A stretch of DNA of 32,000 bases from assembly GCF_900167395.1 (NCBI RefSeq), contig NZ_FUWK01000003.1, positions 1-32,000 on the forward strand, given 5' to 3'. The translations under genes were made by a program, and so were the position numbers. The stretch is from Nitrosomonas europaea (GTDB taxonomy: Bacteria > Pseudomonadota > Gammaproteobacteria > Burkholderiales > Nitrosomonadaceae). The notes beneath the pieces are model-generated. The model saw only the letters and a program-made list of their open reading frames with translations, had not been told where the DNA came from and ran no database searches. Of the stretch, positions 1 to 7,884 are shown one piece after another; the first letter of the stretch is position 1; the number at the start of each line of letters is the position of its first letter.

Positions 1-224
1 ACAGCTTCCATTCCCTGTTTTTCCGCCTGTTCAACAATGGCATTACTGTCATAGCCACGATCTGCCAGCAGATGATCTGCATCAATCCCTTCGATCAGGC
101 GGCCAGCCTGCGTGCAATCAGCAGTGGTACCTTGTGTAACAAGGATTCTGACCGGCATACCATGCGCATCCACGGCCAGATGTATCTTGGTGTTGAGCCC
201 CCTTTTGTCCGATTCATATCCTGA
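1..224 (-). CDS. IS5-family transposase, downstream -1 frame (DDE portion), 3'-partial at window edge
   Basis: My own translation of the -1 frame is open from about 224 (just after a TAA) to position 1. It reads KRGLNTKIHLAVDAHGMPVRILVTQGTTADCTQAGRLIEGIDADHLLADRGYDSNAIVEQAEKQGMEA, typical of the IS5-family catalytic region. Confidence 0.7.
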
Positions 225-568
225 TTACCTCCTCTGGCTCCACTGGCGTGTGGATGAACTTTACAGTGACTGGCATCCATTATCAGCCATTCATAATCTG
301 GATCATCAATCAGGATTTCCAGCAATTTTTCCCAGATACCTTTGTCACGCCAGCGAATGAAACGGCGATGAGTATTACTCCAACCCCCGTAGTCCGGCGG
401 TAAGTTCCTCCATGGGGCTCCTGTCCGTATAATCCAGAAAACAGCATTGATAAACTGACGATTATCTGTGGCTACCCCTCCCCATGCCCCTTCTCGGCCT
501 GGTAAATGCCCCTCAAGTAGCGACCATATCCTATCTGAAATATCATGCCTGCGATGTGAATGTGTCAT
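95..568 (-). CDS. IS5-family transposase, upstream frame (OrfA portion)
   Basis: The 157-aa ORF has the typical IS5/IS1031-type N-terminus: DRIWSLLEGHLPG, NRQFINAVFWIIRTGAPWRNLP, RRFIRWRDKGIWEKL. After the A4G5 run at 198-206 this frame decays into non-homologous sequence. Confidence 0.85.
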   Translation of the reverse strand: MTHSHRRHDISDRIWSLLEGHLPGREGAWGGVATDNRQFINAVFWIIRTGAPWRNLPPDYGGWSNTHRRFIRWRDKGIWEKLLEILIDDPDYEWLIMDASHCKVHPHASGARGGNQDMNRTKGGSTPRYIWPWMRMVCRSESLLHKVPLLIARRLAA

Positions 569-613
569 GCGAGCCCCTTTAATTTCTTAAAAGAATCTCA
601 TATTTCTTATCTC

Positions 614-1129
614 ATGACTACACTATCTAAAGATGGATACAGCAAAATCCTTACAGAAAAACTGACAGGAAGAAACAATGCCAGGCCTGCTTTGGATAAG
701 GCACTGAAACTTCTCAGGCCGGGGGATATGCTGGTGGTCTGGAAGCTGGATCGCTTGGGGCGATCCCTCAAGGATTTGATCAATATTCTTCAGGTACCGG
801 AAACGCGCAAGATCGGTTTTAGGTCGATTACCGATGGCATAGATACGGAAACGGCGACTGGATGGTTACTATTTCATGTGATTGGTGTGATTGCGGAATA
901 TGAATGTGTTCAGATTTCTGAACGGACCAAAGTCGATCTTCAGGCAGCCCGGCGGTGTGGTAAACGTCTTGGTCGCCCACTCGCGATCAAGGAGGCGCAG
1001 ATCAGACTGGCACAACAATTATCTGCAACTGGTATATTGAGTACTGCTGAAATCGCTGCCCGGCTGAATGTCGGGAGAACGACACTTTGGCGGGCGATGA
1101 AACGGGAAAGAGAGTATCGGGATTTTTAG
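614..1129 (+). pseudogene. Serine recombinase (resolvase/invertase family), 5'-truncated remnant
   Basis: Contains RPALDKALKLLRPGDMLVVWKLDRLGRS, the FHVIGVIAEYE..ISERT core and a C-terminal HTH (GRTTLWRAMK). It lacks about 23 N-terminal residues, including the GY.RVST.DQ catalytic-serine motif. The conserved E-R is replaced (AEYECVQ). Homology starts right at the IS junction. Confidence 0.75.
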
Positions 1130-1292
1130 CAGCTTTACTCATAGTGTAGTCCTCTGCCAGTGCTATCGGTTTCGCCTACAGAAGAATCATCGCAAAATAT
1201 GTTGTTTTTTTCTATCCTCAAATGGCTGAATGAGAAAGGATCTTTCTACGCAAGGTAGAAAGGGCTTTATCACCTGAGCAGATTTTACTGGG

Positions 1293-1505
1293 TTATTGCA
1301 CTTGGCGAACTTCTCTCCGATATTCCAATCTCATAGTAAATGGTGTTTGTGTCAGTCTGTTATCTGAATCAAGTTCTTTTGCAACCTGTTTATCAATCGA
1401 TATTGCGTCGTTGAATCCTGTATCGTTCTCAGGCTGTTTGATTGGAAGGCGTTGACTTACTGCCGGCAGTATTCCTGGGGAATAATTGTTCTGATCAAGG
1501 ATCAT
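1293..1505 (-). CDS. Hypothetical small protein (70 aa)
   Basis: ORF only. I see no recognisable motif and no clear Shine-Dalgarno. It is divergent from the HTH gene. Confidence 0.25.
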   Translation of the reverse strand: MILDQNNYSPGILPAVSQRLPIKQPENDTGFNDAISIDKQVAKELDSDNRLTQTPFTMRLEYRREVRQVQ

Positions 1506-1642
1506 GCTAAAAGGATAAAGAAGCGGGTAAAAATATCCTTGATGAATGAATAGATGAGCTTAAGCTAAACCATTTTATGACGATAACAAAAATATGATGT
1601 TGCACTGAATAACCATCTTATATTTTTGATATTCAATAAAAA

Positions 1643-1930
1643 ATGAAACTTTTTAAGAGCATACCTAACCCGAAAGAAATTCGTCAGAAACTGGGATTGA
1701 ATCAGCATGAGTTCTGGAGCAAGGTGGGCGTCACCCAGAGCGGCGGTTCGCGCTATGAAAGCGGACGGGAAATGCCGAAAGCAGTGAGAGAGTTATTGAG
1801 GCTGGTCCATATCGAACATATCGATCTGACTAAAATAAAACGGGATGATCTGATCGTTGCGGCAATGCTGAAGGCTCAGTATCCCGATTTGTATAAAAAT
1901 CTCAAGAAATCAGCCAAACAATTGAAATGA
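1643..1930 (+). CDS. XRE/MqsA-type helix-turn-helix DNA-binding protein (95 aa)
   Basis: The HTH core IRQKLGLNQHEFWSKVGVTQSGGSRYESGREMPKAVRELLRL resembles the Cro/C1-MqsA C-terminal HTH class. An AT-rich upstream region is present. Confidence 0.7.
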   Translation: MKLFKSIPNPKEIRQKLGLNQHEFWSKVGVTQSGGSRYESGREMPKAVRELLRLVHIEHIDLTKIKRDDLIVAAMLKAQYPDLYKNLKKSAKQLK

Positions 1931-1958
1931 ATCTGATATTTTCAAACAACTGCTGTTG

Positions 1959-2906
1959 TTAAAAGGCAGTTCTTACAGGTATCCCAAGTGCCCGGATTTT
2001 GTCGGCGAAGGTTTTTATCCAGTCCGGATCGGCTTTCGATAGGTCGGGTGCTTCGGGTTGTAAAGCCGGGCGTGCCAGGGTGTACAGTAACACTCCCCGA
2101 ATTTGGGTTCCTTCCTGCAAAAGAGTGCGGATAAAGCCGATATAGGCATCGGTTTCATGGGTATCCGGGTGTACACCTTTCAGTTTGAATACGCAGGTCT
2201 GCAGCCATGTCGGGCAAAGTGATGCAGCTGTTTGCAGATTGTCGCGCATACGTTGCAGACTTGCTCGGGTGTTGTTGATGCGCAGGCGGCCGGTTTGCGT
2301 AACGCTGTCCAGCTTGAACCAGACTTCACCATTGAGCCCTGCCATCAGATGCAACCCCTTTTGTACATACATGCGGTTGATCAGACTTCCATTGGTGATG
2401 AGCACCAGTTTGAGTTCTTCCGGTAGAGGGAAATCAGCTTTTACTCTGCCGATGATTTCGATGATCTGTTCAAATTCCCGTGCGCTGGTCGGTTCACCAT
2501 TTCCAGATAAGGCGATGTCTTTGATGACTCTGGTTTCAGGTGGGACTTTCTCCTGCATGAAGTTTCCATAAACCAGTTCGTGCAGAAAATCACGCAGCTC
2601 CTGCTCCAGTCTGACCAGATCGATGACTGGCGCAGTGCCGCGTTTGAGATCGGGTACCTGGCAGTAAATGCAGCGCCAGTTGCATGCGTTGTTGGGGTTG
2701 AGATTGATGCCGATGGATACGCCACCTGCACGGCGGGAAACGACCGGATAAACGTAGGTCAGTCCGGCGCTGTCACGGCTGTGATCATCCTGGCTCAATC
2801 GTCCGGCAGAAGGTGACAATGCTATAATTTCCGGGATGTTGATTACACGAAAATTCGAATTCGATGCGGGCCATCGTATATCCACGCATCTGAGCCAATG
2901 CCGCAA
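1959..2906 (-). CDS. Radical SAM protein, non-QueE type (COG0731-like Fe-S oxidoreductase)
   Basis: CxxxCxxC cluster motif NNACNWRCIYCQVPD, plus SGNGEPT and ITNGSL motifs. The start is uncertain. ATG 2906 overlaps queD head-to-head by 71 bp. The in-frame TTG at 2819 (residue L30) gives a more usual N-terminus. Confidence 0.8.
   Translation of the reverse strand: MRHWLRCVDIRWPASNSNFRVINIPEIIALSPSAGRLSQDDHSRDSAGLTYVYPVVSRRAGGVSIGINLNPNNACNWRCIYCQVPDLKRGTAPVIDLVRLEQELRDFLHELVYGNFMQEKVPPETRVIKDIALSGNGEPTSAREFEQIIEIIGRVKADFPLPEELKLVLITNGSLINRMYVQKGLHLMAGLNGEVWFKLDSVTQTGRLRINNTRASLQRMRDNLQTAASLCPTWLQTCVFKLKGVHPDTHETDAYIGFIRTLLQEGTQIRGVLLYTLARPALQPEAPDLSKADPDWIKTFADKIRALGIPVRTAF
2820..2828 (+). promoter_or_regulatory. 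Extended -10 promoter element TGCTATAAT ending 7 nt before the queD ATG
   Basis: Perfect TGnTATAAT at 2820-2828. The queD ATG is at 2836, so the predicted transcription start coincides with the start codon. Confidence 0.4.
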
Positions 2907-3318
2907 TCTGCACGGGCACCGTTATGTACTGGAAGTTACGATTGCAGGGGGTATTATCGCTGATGCCGGGGTGCCGGAGCAAGGCATGGTTATGGATTTC
3001 TCCGATGTCAAACGCGTTATCAGAGAAGCTTTGGTGGATCGGTGGGATCATGCCTTTCTGGTTTATGCTGGTGATACTCGCGTGCTGGAATTTCTGCAAT
3101 CGCTGGAAAATCATAAAACGGTTGTTTTGGAAGTGCAGCCCACGGCGGAGAATCTCGCCCTGATTGCTTTCGATATATTGCGCCACACATTCCGGAACAG
3201 ATACGCTGGCAGGCTGGAGCTGGAACATGTGCGTCTGTTCGAGACCCCCAACTGCTGGGCGGATGTGGATAAAGCTGTTTTCAAATCTGCAACAGTCGAC
3301 AGGATCGCGGAATCATAG
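2836..3318 (+). CDS. queD: 6-carboxy-5,6,7,8-tetrahydropterin synthase / PTPS family (QueD-like)
   Basis: N-terminus MLITRKFEFDAGHR, C-x3-HGH motif (CRNLHGHRY), MVMDFSDVK and WDHAFLV motifs. Confidence 0.85.
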   Translation: MLITRKFEFDAGHRISTHLSQCRNLHGHRYVLEVTIAGGIIADAGVPEQGMVMDFSDVKRVIREALVDRWDHAFLVYAGDTRVLEFLQSLENHKTVVLEVQPTAENLALIAFDILRHTFRNRYAGRLELEHVRLFETPNCWADVDKAVFKSATVDRIAES

Positions 3319-3388
3319 ACGGAAGCGTTTATATTTTCCTGATACTATTTTTAATTATAAAACCAGATAGCGTTAGTTTTTAAATCCT

Positions 3389-4153
3389 ATGTTTGTCGAT
3401 TCTCATTGTCACCTTGATTTTCCTGATCTCGCCAGCAGCCTGGATGAGTTGCTGGTGAACATGCAAATCAGCCAGGTCACTCATGCGCTATGCGTTGGCG
3501 TCAATCTGGAAAATTTTCCGCGTGTGCTCGCTCTGGCTGAATCACACTCGAATCTCTTTGCTTCGGTGGGTGTGCATCCCGATTATGAAGATACAGCAGA
3601 GCCAGCGGTGGAGCAGCTGCTGAAGCTGGCGGATCATGCAAAGGTCGTTGCGCTGGGGGAAACCGGTCTGGATTATTTCCGGCTGAAGGGCGATCTCGAA
3701 TGGCAGCGTGAGCGATTCCGGCGACATATCCGTGCTGCCAGGCGGTGCGGTAAACCCCTGATCATTCATACCCGTGCTGCTGCAGAAGATACACTGCGCA
3801 TCATGGAAGAAGAGGGAGCAGCCAGCGTCGGGGGCGTCATGCATTGCTTTACCGAGTCCTGGGAAATCGCCAGACGTGCGCTTGATTTGAATTTTTACAT
3901 TTCGTTTTCCGGGATCGTGACGTTCAAGAATGCGGCAATCATCAAAGAGGTGGCGAAAAAAGTGCCCGCTGACAGGATGTTGATCGAAACGGATTCACCC
4001 TATCTTGCCCCTGTTCCTCACCGGGGTGAAACCAATCAGCCGGCGTTCGTCCGGCATGTTGCCGAGGAAATTGCCCGTTTGCGTGAAACGACGCTTGCCG
4101 AAATTGCTGCGGTAACGACAAATAACTTCTTCAACTTATTCAAGGTGGTTTGA
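3389..4153 (+). CDS. TatD-family metal-dependent hydrolase/DNase (YcfH-like)
   Basis: MFVDSHCHLDF start, GVHP, GETGLDY, PLIIHTR, MHCF and IETDSPYLAPVPHRG motifs. Confidence 0.9.
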   Translation: MFVDSHCHLDFPDLASSLDELLVNMQISQVTHALCVGVNLENFPRVLALAESHSNLFASVGVHPDYEDTAEPAVEQLLKLADHAKVVALGETGLDYFRLKGDLEWQRERFRRHIRAARRCGKPLIIHTRAAAEDTLRIMEEEGAASVGGVMHCFTESWEIARRALDLNFYISFSGIVTFKNAAIIKEVAKKVPADRMLIETDSPYLAPVPHRGETNQPAFVRHVAEEIARLRETTLAEIAAVTTNNFFNLFKVV

Positions 4154-4154
4154 G

Positions 4155-4814
4155 ATGAACAGATCCCTGTGGACACAATGGAGTATTGCATCAGTCATCG
4201 TTCTGTTTTGTGCCTTTTGTCTCTATTCACCTGCCCATGCCGGGGTTGATGAGGACTTGGTTCGAGCGGTCGAAGACAATAAGACTCACCGTGTCAGGGA
4301 TTTGCTGACGAAAGGAGCCAGCCCGGATGCGCGCGATTTGCAAAGTGAAACGGCCCTGATGCTGGCGGCCAGAAATAAAAATCCGGAAATGGGTGGATTG
4401 CTGCTGGAGGCTGGTGCAAATCCAGATCTTCGCAACAAATATGGTGAGACGGCTACCATGCTGGCGTGCTATTACGGGCAGTTGGATCTGGTCAAGCGGC
4501 TATACGCAAAAGGTGCCAAAATTGACCACGATGGATGGAATCCGCTGATCTACGCTGCCAGTAAGGGTTATAAGGAAATCGTTGAGTTTCTGCTGAATTA
4601 CGGAGTGAGGATCGATGCTGCGACCGATAACGGCACGACGGCACTGATGATGGCTGTACGTGGCAATCATTACGATACCGTCGAGCTGCTGCTGAAACAC
4701 GGTGCAAATGCGCTGATCCGAAATGAAGCTGATGGTACAGCCCTGGGCTGGGCCAGAAAACAGGGCCATACCAGCATCGTGCAGTTGCTGACGCGTAACG
4801 GGACAGCAGATTGA
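4155..4814 (+). CDS. Secreted ankyrin-repeat protein
   Basis: N-terminal signal peptide ending PAHA-GVDE, followed by about 5 ankyrin repeats (G..PD/N..D..G.TALM.A). The start is 1 nt after the tatD-family stop. Confidence 0.85.
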   Translation: MNRSLWTQWSIASVIVLFCAFCLYSPAHAGVDEDLVRAVEDNKTHRVRDLLTKGASPDARDLQSETALMLAARNKNPEMGGLLLEAGANPDLRNKYGETATMLACYYGQLDLVKRLYAKGAKIDHDGWNPLIYAASKGYKEIVEFLLNYGVRIDAATDNGTTALMMAVRGNHYDTVELLLKHGANALIRNEADGTALGWARKQGHTSIVQLLTRNGTAD

Positions 4815-4878
4815 GTGTTTACTGAGGTAAGGTGGTTTGGTCGCAAGTCAGTACTGCAGCACTGTTCCGTCGAGAGTA

Positions 4879-5925
4879 TCAGGTGATCGCATAGGGGAGA
4901 GGCAGTATCGTCAACTGCGGGCCATTCGGTGTTTTCCAGTGGATGGAGCCGGCTTCCATGCTGCTGGTCTGAATGACGGCCAGAACATCAACTCCTCCCG
5001 CAGGTACAGGTGCGGCGTTAGCAATCATCCCGCATGCCTGATCACCAGTATCCGTACCAAATAAACTATCGCCGGCTGCAATATTCTGGCAAGAATCTGC
5101 ATCCAGGTGAGCCAGGTACATACGGCGCTTTACTTTGCCGAGATATTCGGTGCGAGCGACGATCTCCTGGCCGGGGTAGCATCCTTTCTTGAAACTGACT
5201 CCGCCAATGATATCCAGATTGATCATTTGCGGGATGAACTGCTCCTGAGTAGCATTGAAGATAGCGGGGATTCCTTCACGGATTTCCAGCCAGTCCCAGA
5301 TTGCCGCACCTGCACAATGTGCTTGTTTGTTCAGCTGTTCCCACAATGAAGGTGCCTGGATTGAAGTTGTCATGATTTCAAACCGGTTTTCACTGTGACA
5401 AATGATCTGCCCGTCCGGAATGGAGGTTACAGCCAATGGCGCAGGTGAAATGGTCGTATCTGGCAGCATGTTTTGCAACGATAGCAGCGCATTCTTACCA
5501 GCAATACCAATACGAATGAGATCATCGGTGTTGTCCTGAATCGATACTTTTGCCCGTAACACAAACATTTTCAGGCGTCTGGTAATCGTTTCCACTCGCT
5601 CTGCCGGGAGCTGCATCAGATAACTGTTATCGGAATCCTGCCATAACAGGAAACTGCCCAGCAAACGGCCTTTGGGCGTGCAATAGCCGCCGTGACTGGC
5701 TTGTGTGGAATCAACCGAGCGGACATCACAACTCAACTGCCCCTGCAGAAAATTTTGTGCATCCTCACCAGAAAAACGGATCAGGCCAAAGTGAGAGAGA
5801 TCGATCAATACCGGGCCTGATGCCGCTTGTGCCAGTTCGGCAGCAGGTTGTCCAAAATGTAATACCCGATTTTGTTCGATATGGGCATTACGGTGGGTCA
5901 GAAATGTAAACCAGTCGGAATTCAT
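4879..5925 (-). CDS. ygfZ: Folate-binding Fe-S cluster repair / tRNA-modification protein YgfZ (CAF17 family)
   Basis: Signature KGCYPGQEIVAR and a GcvT-like N-terminal region; 348 aa. Confidence 0.85.
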   Translation of the reverse strand: MNSDWFTFLTHRNAHIEQNRVLHFGQPAAELAQAASGPVLIDLSHFGLIRFSGEDAQNFLQGQLSCDVRSVDSTQASHGGYCTPKGRLLGSFLLWQDSDNSYLMQLPAERVETITRRLKMFVLRAKVSIQDNTDDLIRIGIAGKNALLSLQNMLPDTTISPAPLAVTSIPDGQIICHSENRFEIMTTSIQAPSLWEQLNKQAHCAGAAIWDWLEIREGIPAIFNATQEQFIPQMINLDIIGGVSFKKGCYPGQEIVARTEYLGKVKRRMYLAHLDADSCQNIAAGDSLFGTDTGDQACGMIANAAPVPAGGVDVLAVIQTSSMEAGSIHWKTPNGPQLTILPLPYAIT

Positions 5926-5971
5926 GGATAAGCGGAAAAAGCATTACATTGGGTGATCCGGTAACCAGTCG

Positions 5972-6427
5972 ATGAATGAACTTTCAATCCAGTTGCAACC
6001 TTCCAGCCGACTGGCCGTGCTGCTGAGTCTCGCGCATTGTACGGCAGCCGGCGTATTCTGGCCATTGGCACTGCCTGTGGTAGTGAAGCTTATCATTACC
6101 CTGTTGTTGGCAGGCAGCCTCTATTATTACTTGCGGCGCTATGCATGGCTCACATCACCACGATCCATCGTCGCACTGCATTTGACGGGCAGAAACAGCT
6201 GCAGAATGAAAACTCATGCAGATGAATACATTGATACCGTTGTCGATACCAGTACTTTTGTTGCCTCTTACATGACTGTGCTCTACCTGCAGAAGGAACG
6301 AACCAGGCGCTATTATACGGTGGTTATCCTGCCGGACAGCATCGATGCAAACAGCTTCAGACGACTGCGTGTCTGGCTGCGATGGAAATGGCAGGATAGC
6401 TCTTCTGATGGAAGAAAACGGGGGTGA
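5972..6427 (+). CDS. YgfX/CptA-like inner-membrane protein (DUF1434)
   Basis: Layout matches E. coli YgfX as I remember it: N-terminal L.PSSRL, then two TM helices, then a C-terminal D-S-I-D..FRRLRVWLR motif. Adjacent to ygfZ, as in E. coli. Confidence 0.6.
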   Translation: MNELSIQLQPSSRLAVLLSLAHCTAAGVFWPLALPVVVKLIITLLLAGSLYYYLRRYAWLTSPRSIVALHLTGRNSCRMKTHADEYIDTVVDTSTFVASYMTVLYLQKERTRRYYTVVILPDSIDANSFRRLRVWLRWKWQDSSSDGRKRG

Positions 6428-6674
6428 TTGAGCTATGGTAAATAAAGCTGCCAATCTGTAATCTGCCGGCTGAGCTTATTTTCTGAATGCTGTTGAAAAC
6501 AGTGATCCGAGTGAAAGTTCCTTAGTATAATCCTGAGAGTCCCGGCCATCTGTCAGGCAGGATTCGTAACCTGCTGAAAATAAACCATTATCTCATTGTT
6601 TTTCATGTACATATTTGGCGAGTGCGCAGCAAGCCGGGCAGTATACTCAACACGGTTTTCAGGATGATCCGGTG

Positions 6675-7841
6675 ATGAAATTCGATATTGTAGTGATCGG
6701 AGGTGGGCTGGCAGGAGCCAGTCTGCTGGCTGCTCTCAAAGGTAGCGGGCTCAGACTGGCGCTGATCGAGTCACGGCCGCCTGCGCCATTGCCCGACGAT
6801 GATAGCTGGGATGCACGGGTGTATGCGATCAGCCCAGGCAGTGTGGAGTTCTTGCAGTCCTCCGGTATCTGGCAACGAATGAATGCAGCGCGTATTACGC
6901 CTGTCCATGAAATGCGGGTGCATGGAGACGATAATGCGGCCAGAATCGATTTCAGCGCTTATGAAAGTGGTGTGCCGGAACTGGCCTGTATCATCGAGAA
7001 TCGGCAGTTGCAGCATGCCGTTTGGGAAGAATTGGCTGGTGCGGAAAATGTACAGATTTTTTGTCCCGCACAGTGTGACTCACTTGCCTGGCAAGATTCT
7101 CATGTCGAACTGACTTTGGCAGATGGCACGGTTTTGCAGACAGCTTTGCTGATCGGTGCAGATGGTATCAATTCCCGGGTGCGTGAGCAGGCAGGAATCG
7201 GGGTTGACCGTCATAGTTATTATCAGACGGGCGTGGTTGCCAATTTCGAGACGGAGCGGGTGCATCATCACATTGCGTATCAGTGGTTTCGCCGTGATGG
7301 CATTCTCGCACTTCTGCCATTGCCGGGGAAACGAGTTTCCATGGTCTGGTCGGCGAATACGGCACTTGCAGATGAACTGCTCAATCTGTCCGCCGAGGCG
7401 TTATGCGACCGGGTTGCCCGGGCAGCGGAGTATGAGCTGGGGAGCATGCGGCTCGTTACCGCGCCACTCGGGTTTCCGTTGAACTTCGTACATGCCAGAT
7501 CACTCATTAAACCAAGACTGGCCTTGATCGGTGATGCGGCGCATGGCATTCACCCGCTTGCCGGCCAGGGAGTGAATCTCGGATTGCGCGATGTTCGTGA
7601 ACTGGCTCGCCTGCAGCGGCAGTTTGGTGGAATAGGGGACTGTGGTGAATTTTCTTTGCTGCGTTGTTATGAGCGCAATCGCAAGGAGGATATTCTCGCC
7701 ATGGGATGGGTGACGGATGGACTGCAGAAACTATTTGGCAGTGAGGATGCAGCAATCATGCGCATCAGGAATGTGGGGCTCGGGATTACCAACCGTCTGC
7801 CACTTCTGAAAAACAGGTTGATGCGCCATGCGCTGAGCTGA
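6675..7841 (+). CDS. UbiH/UbiF/VisC/COQ6-family FAD-dependent ubiquinone-biosynthesis hydroxylase
   Basis: FAD fingerprint MKFDIVVIGGGLAGASLL, plus GADGINSRVR and LIGDAAHGIHPLAGQGVNLGLRD. ATG 6675 is preferred over the TTG at 6615 in the ORF track. Confidence 0.85.
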   Translation: MKFDIVVIGGGLAGASLLAALKGSGLRLALIESRPPAPLPDDDSWDARVYAISPGSVEFLQSSGIWQRMNAARITPVHEMRVHGDDNAARIDFSAYESGVPELACIIENRQLQHAVWEELAGAENVQIFCPAQCDSLAWQDSHVELTLADGTVLQTALLIGADGINSRVREQAGIGVDRHSYYQTGVVANFETERVHHHIAYQWFRRDGILALLPLPGKRVSMVWSANTALADELLNLSAEALCDRVARAAEYELGSMRLVTAPLGFPLNFVHARSLIKPRLALIGDAAHGIHPLAGQGVNLGLRDVRELARLQRQFGGIGDCGEFSLLRCYERNRKEDILAMGWVTDGLQKLFGSEDAAIMRIRNVGLGITNRLPLLKNRLMRHALS

Positions 7842-7884
7842 TGAATCTTTTTATGGATATTGGATTTTATACTGGAGAAATGGT

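Larger units (their letters stand above)
1..612 (-). mobile_element. IS5-family insertion sequence (IS1031/IS427-like), partial; continues beyond the left window edge
   Basis: Two overlapping minus-strand transposase frames (see the next two features). The right-hand IS end cannot be placed exactly. It must lie between 569 (transposase start) and about 622, where serine-recombinase homology begins. Confidence 0.8.

Noticed and set aside
1945-1960. AACAAC-TGCT-GTTGTT hairpin between the HTH gene and the radical SAM stop as a bidirectional terminator
   Set aside because: The 6-bp stem is mostly A/T, overlaps the stop codon and has no clean U-tract. Low credibility.
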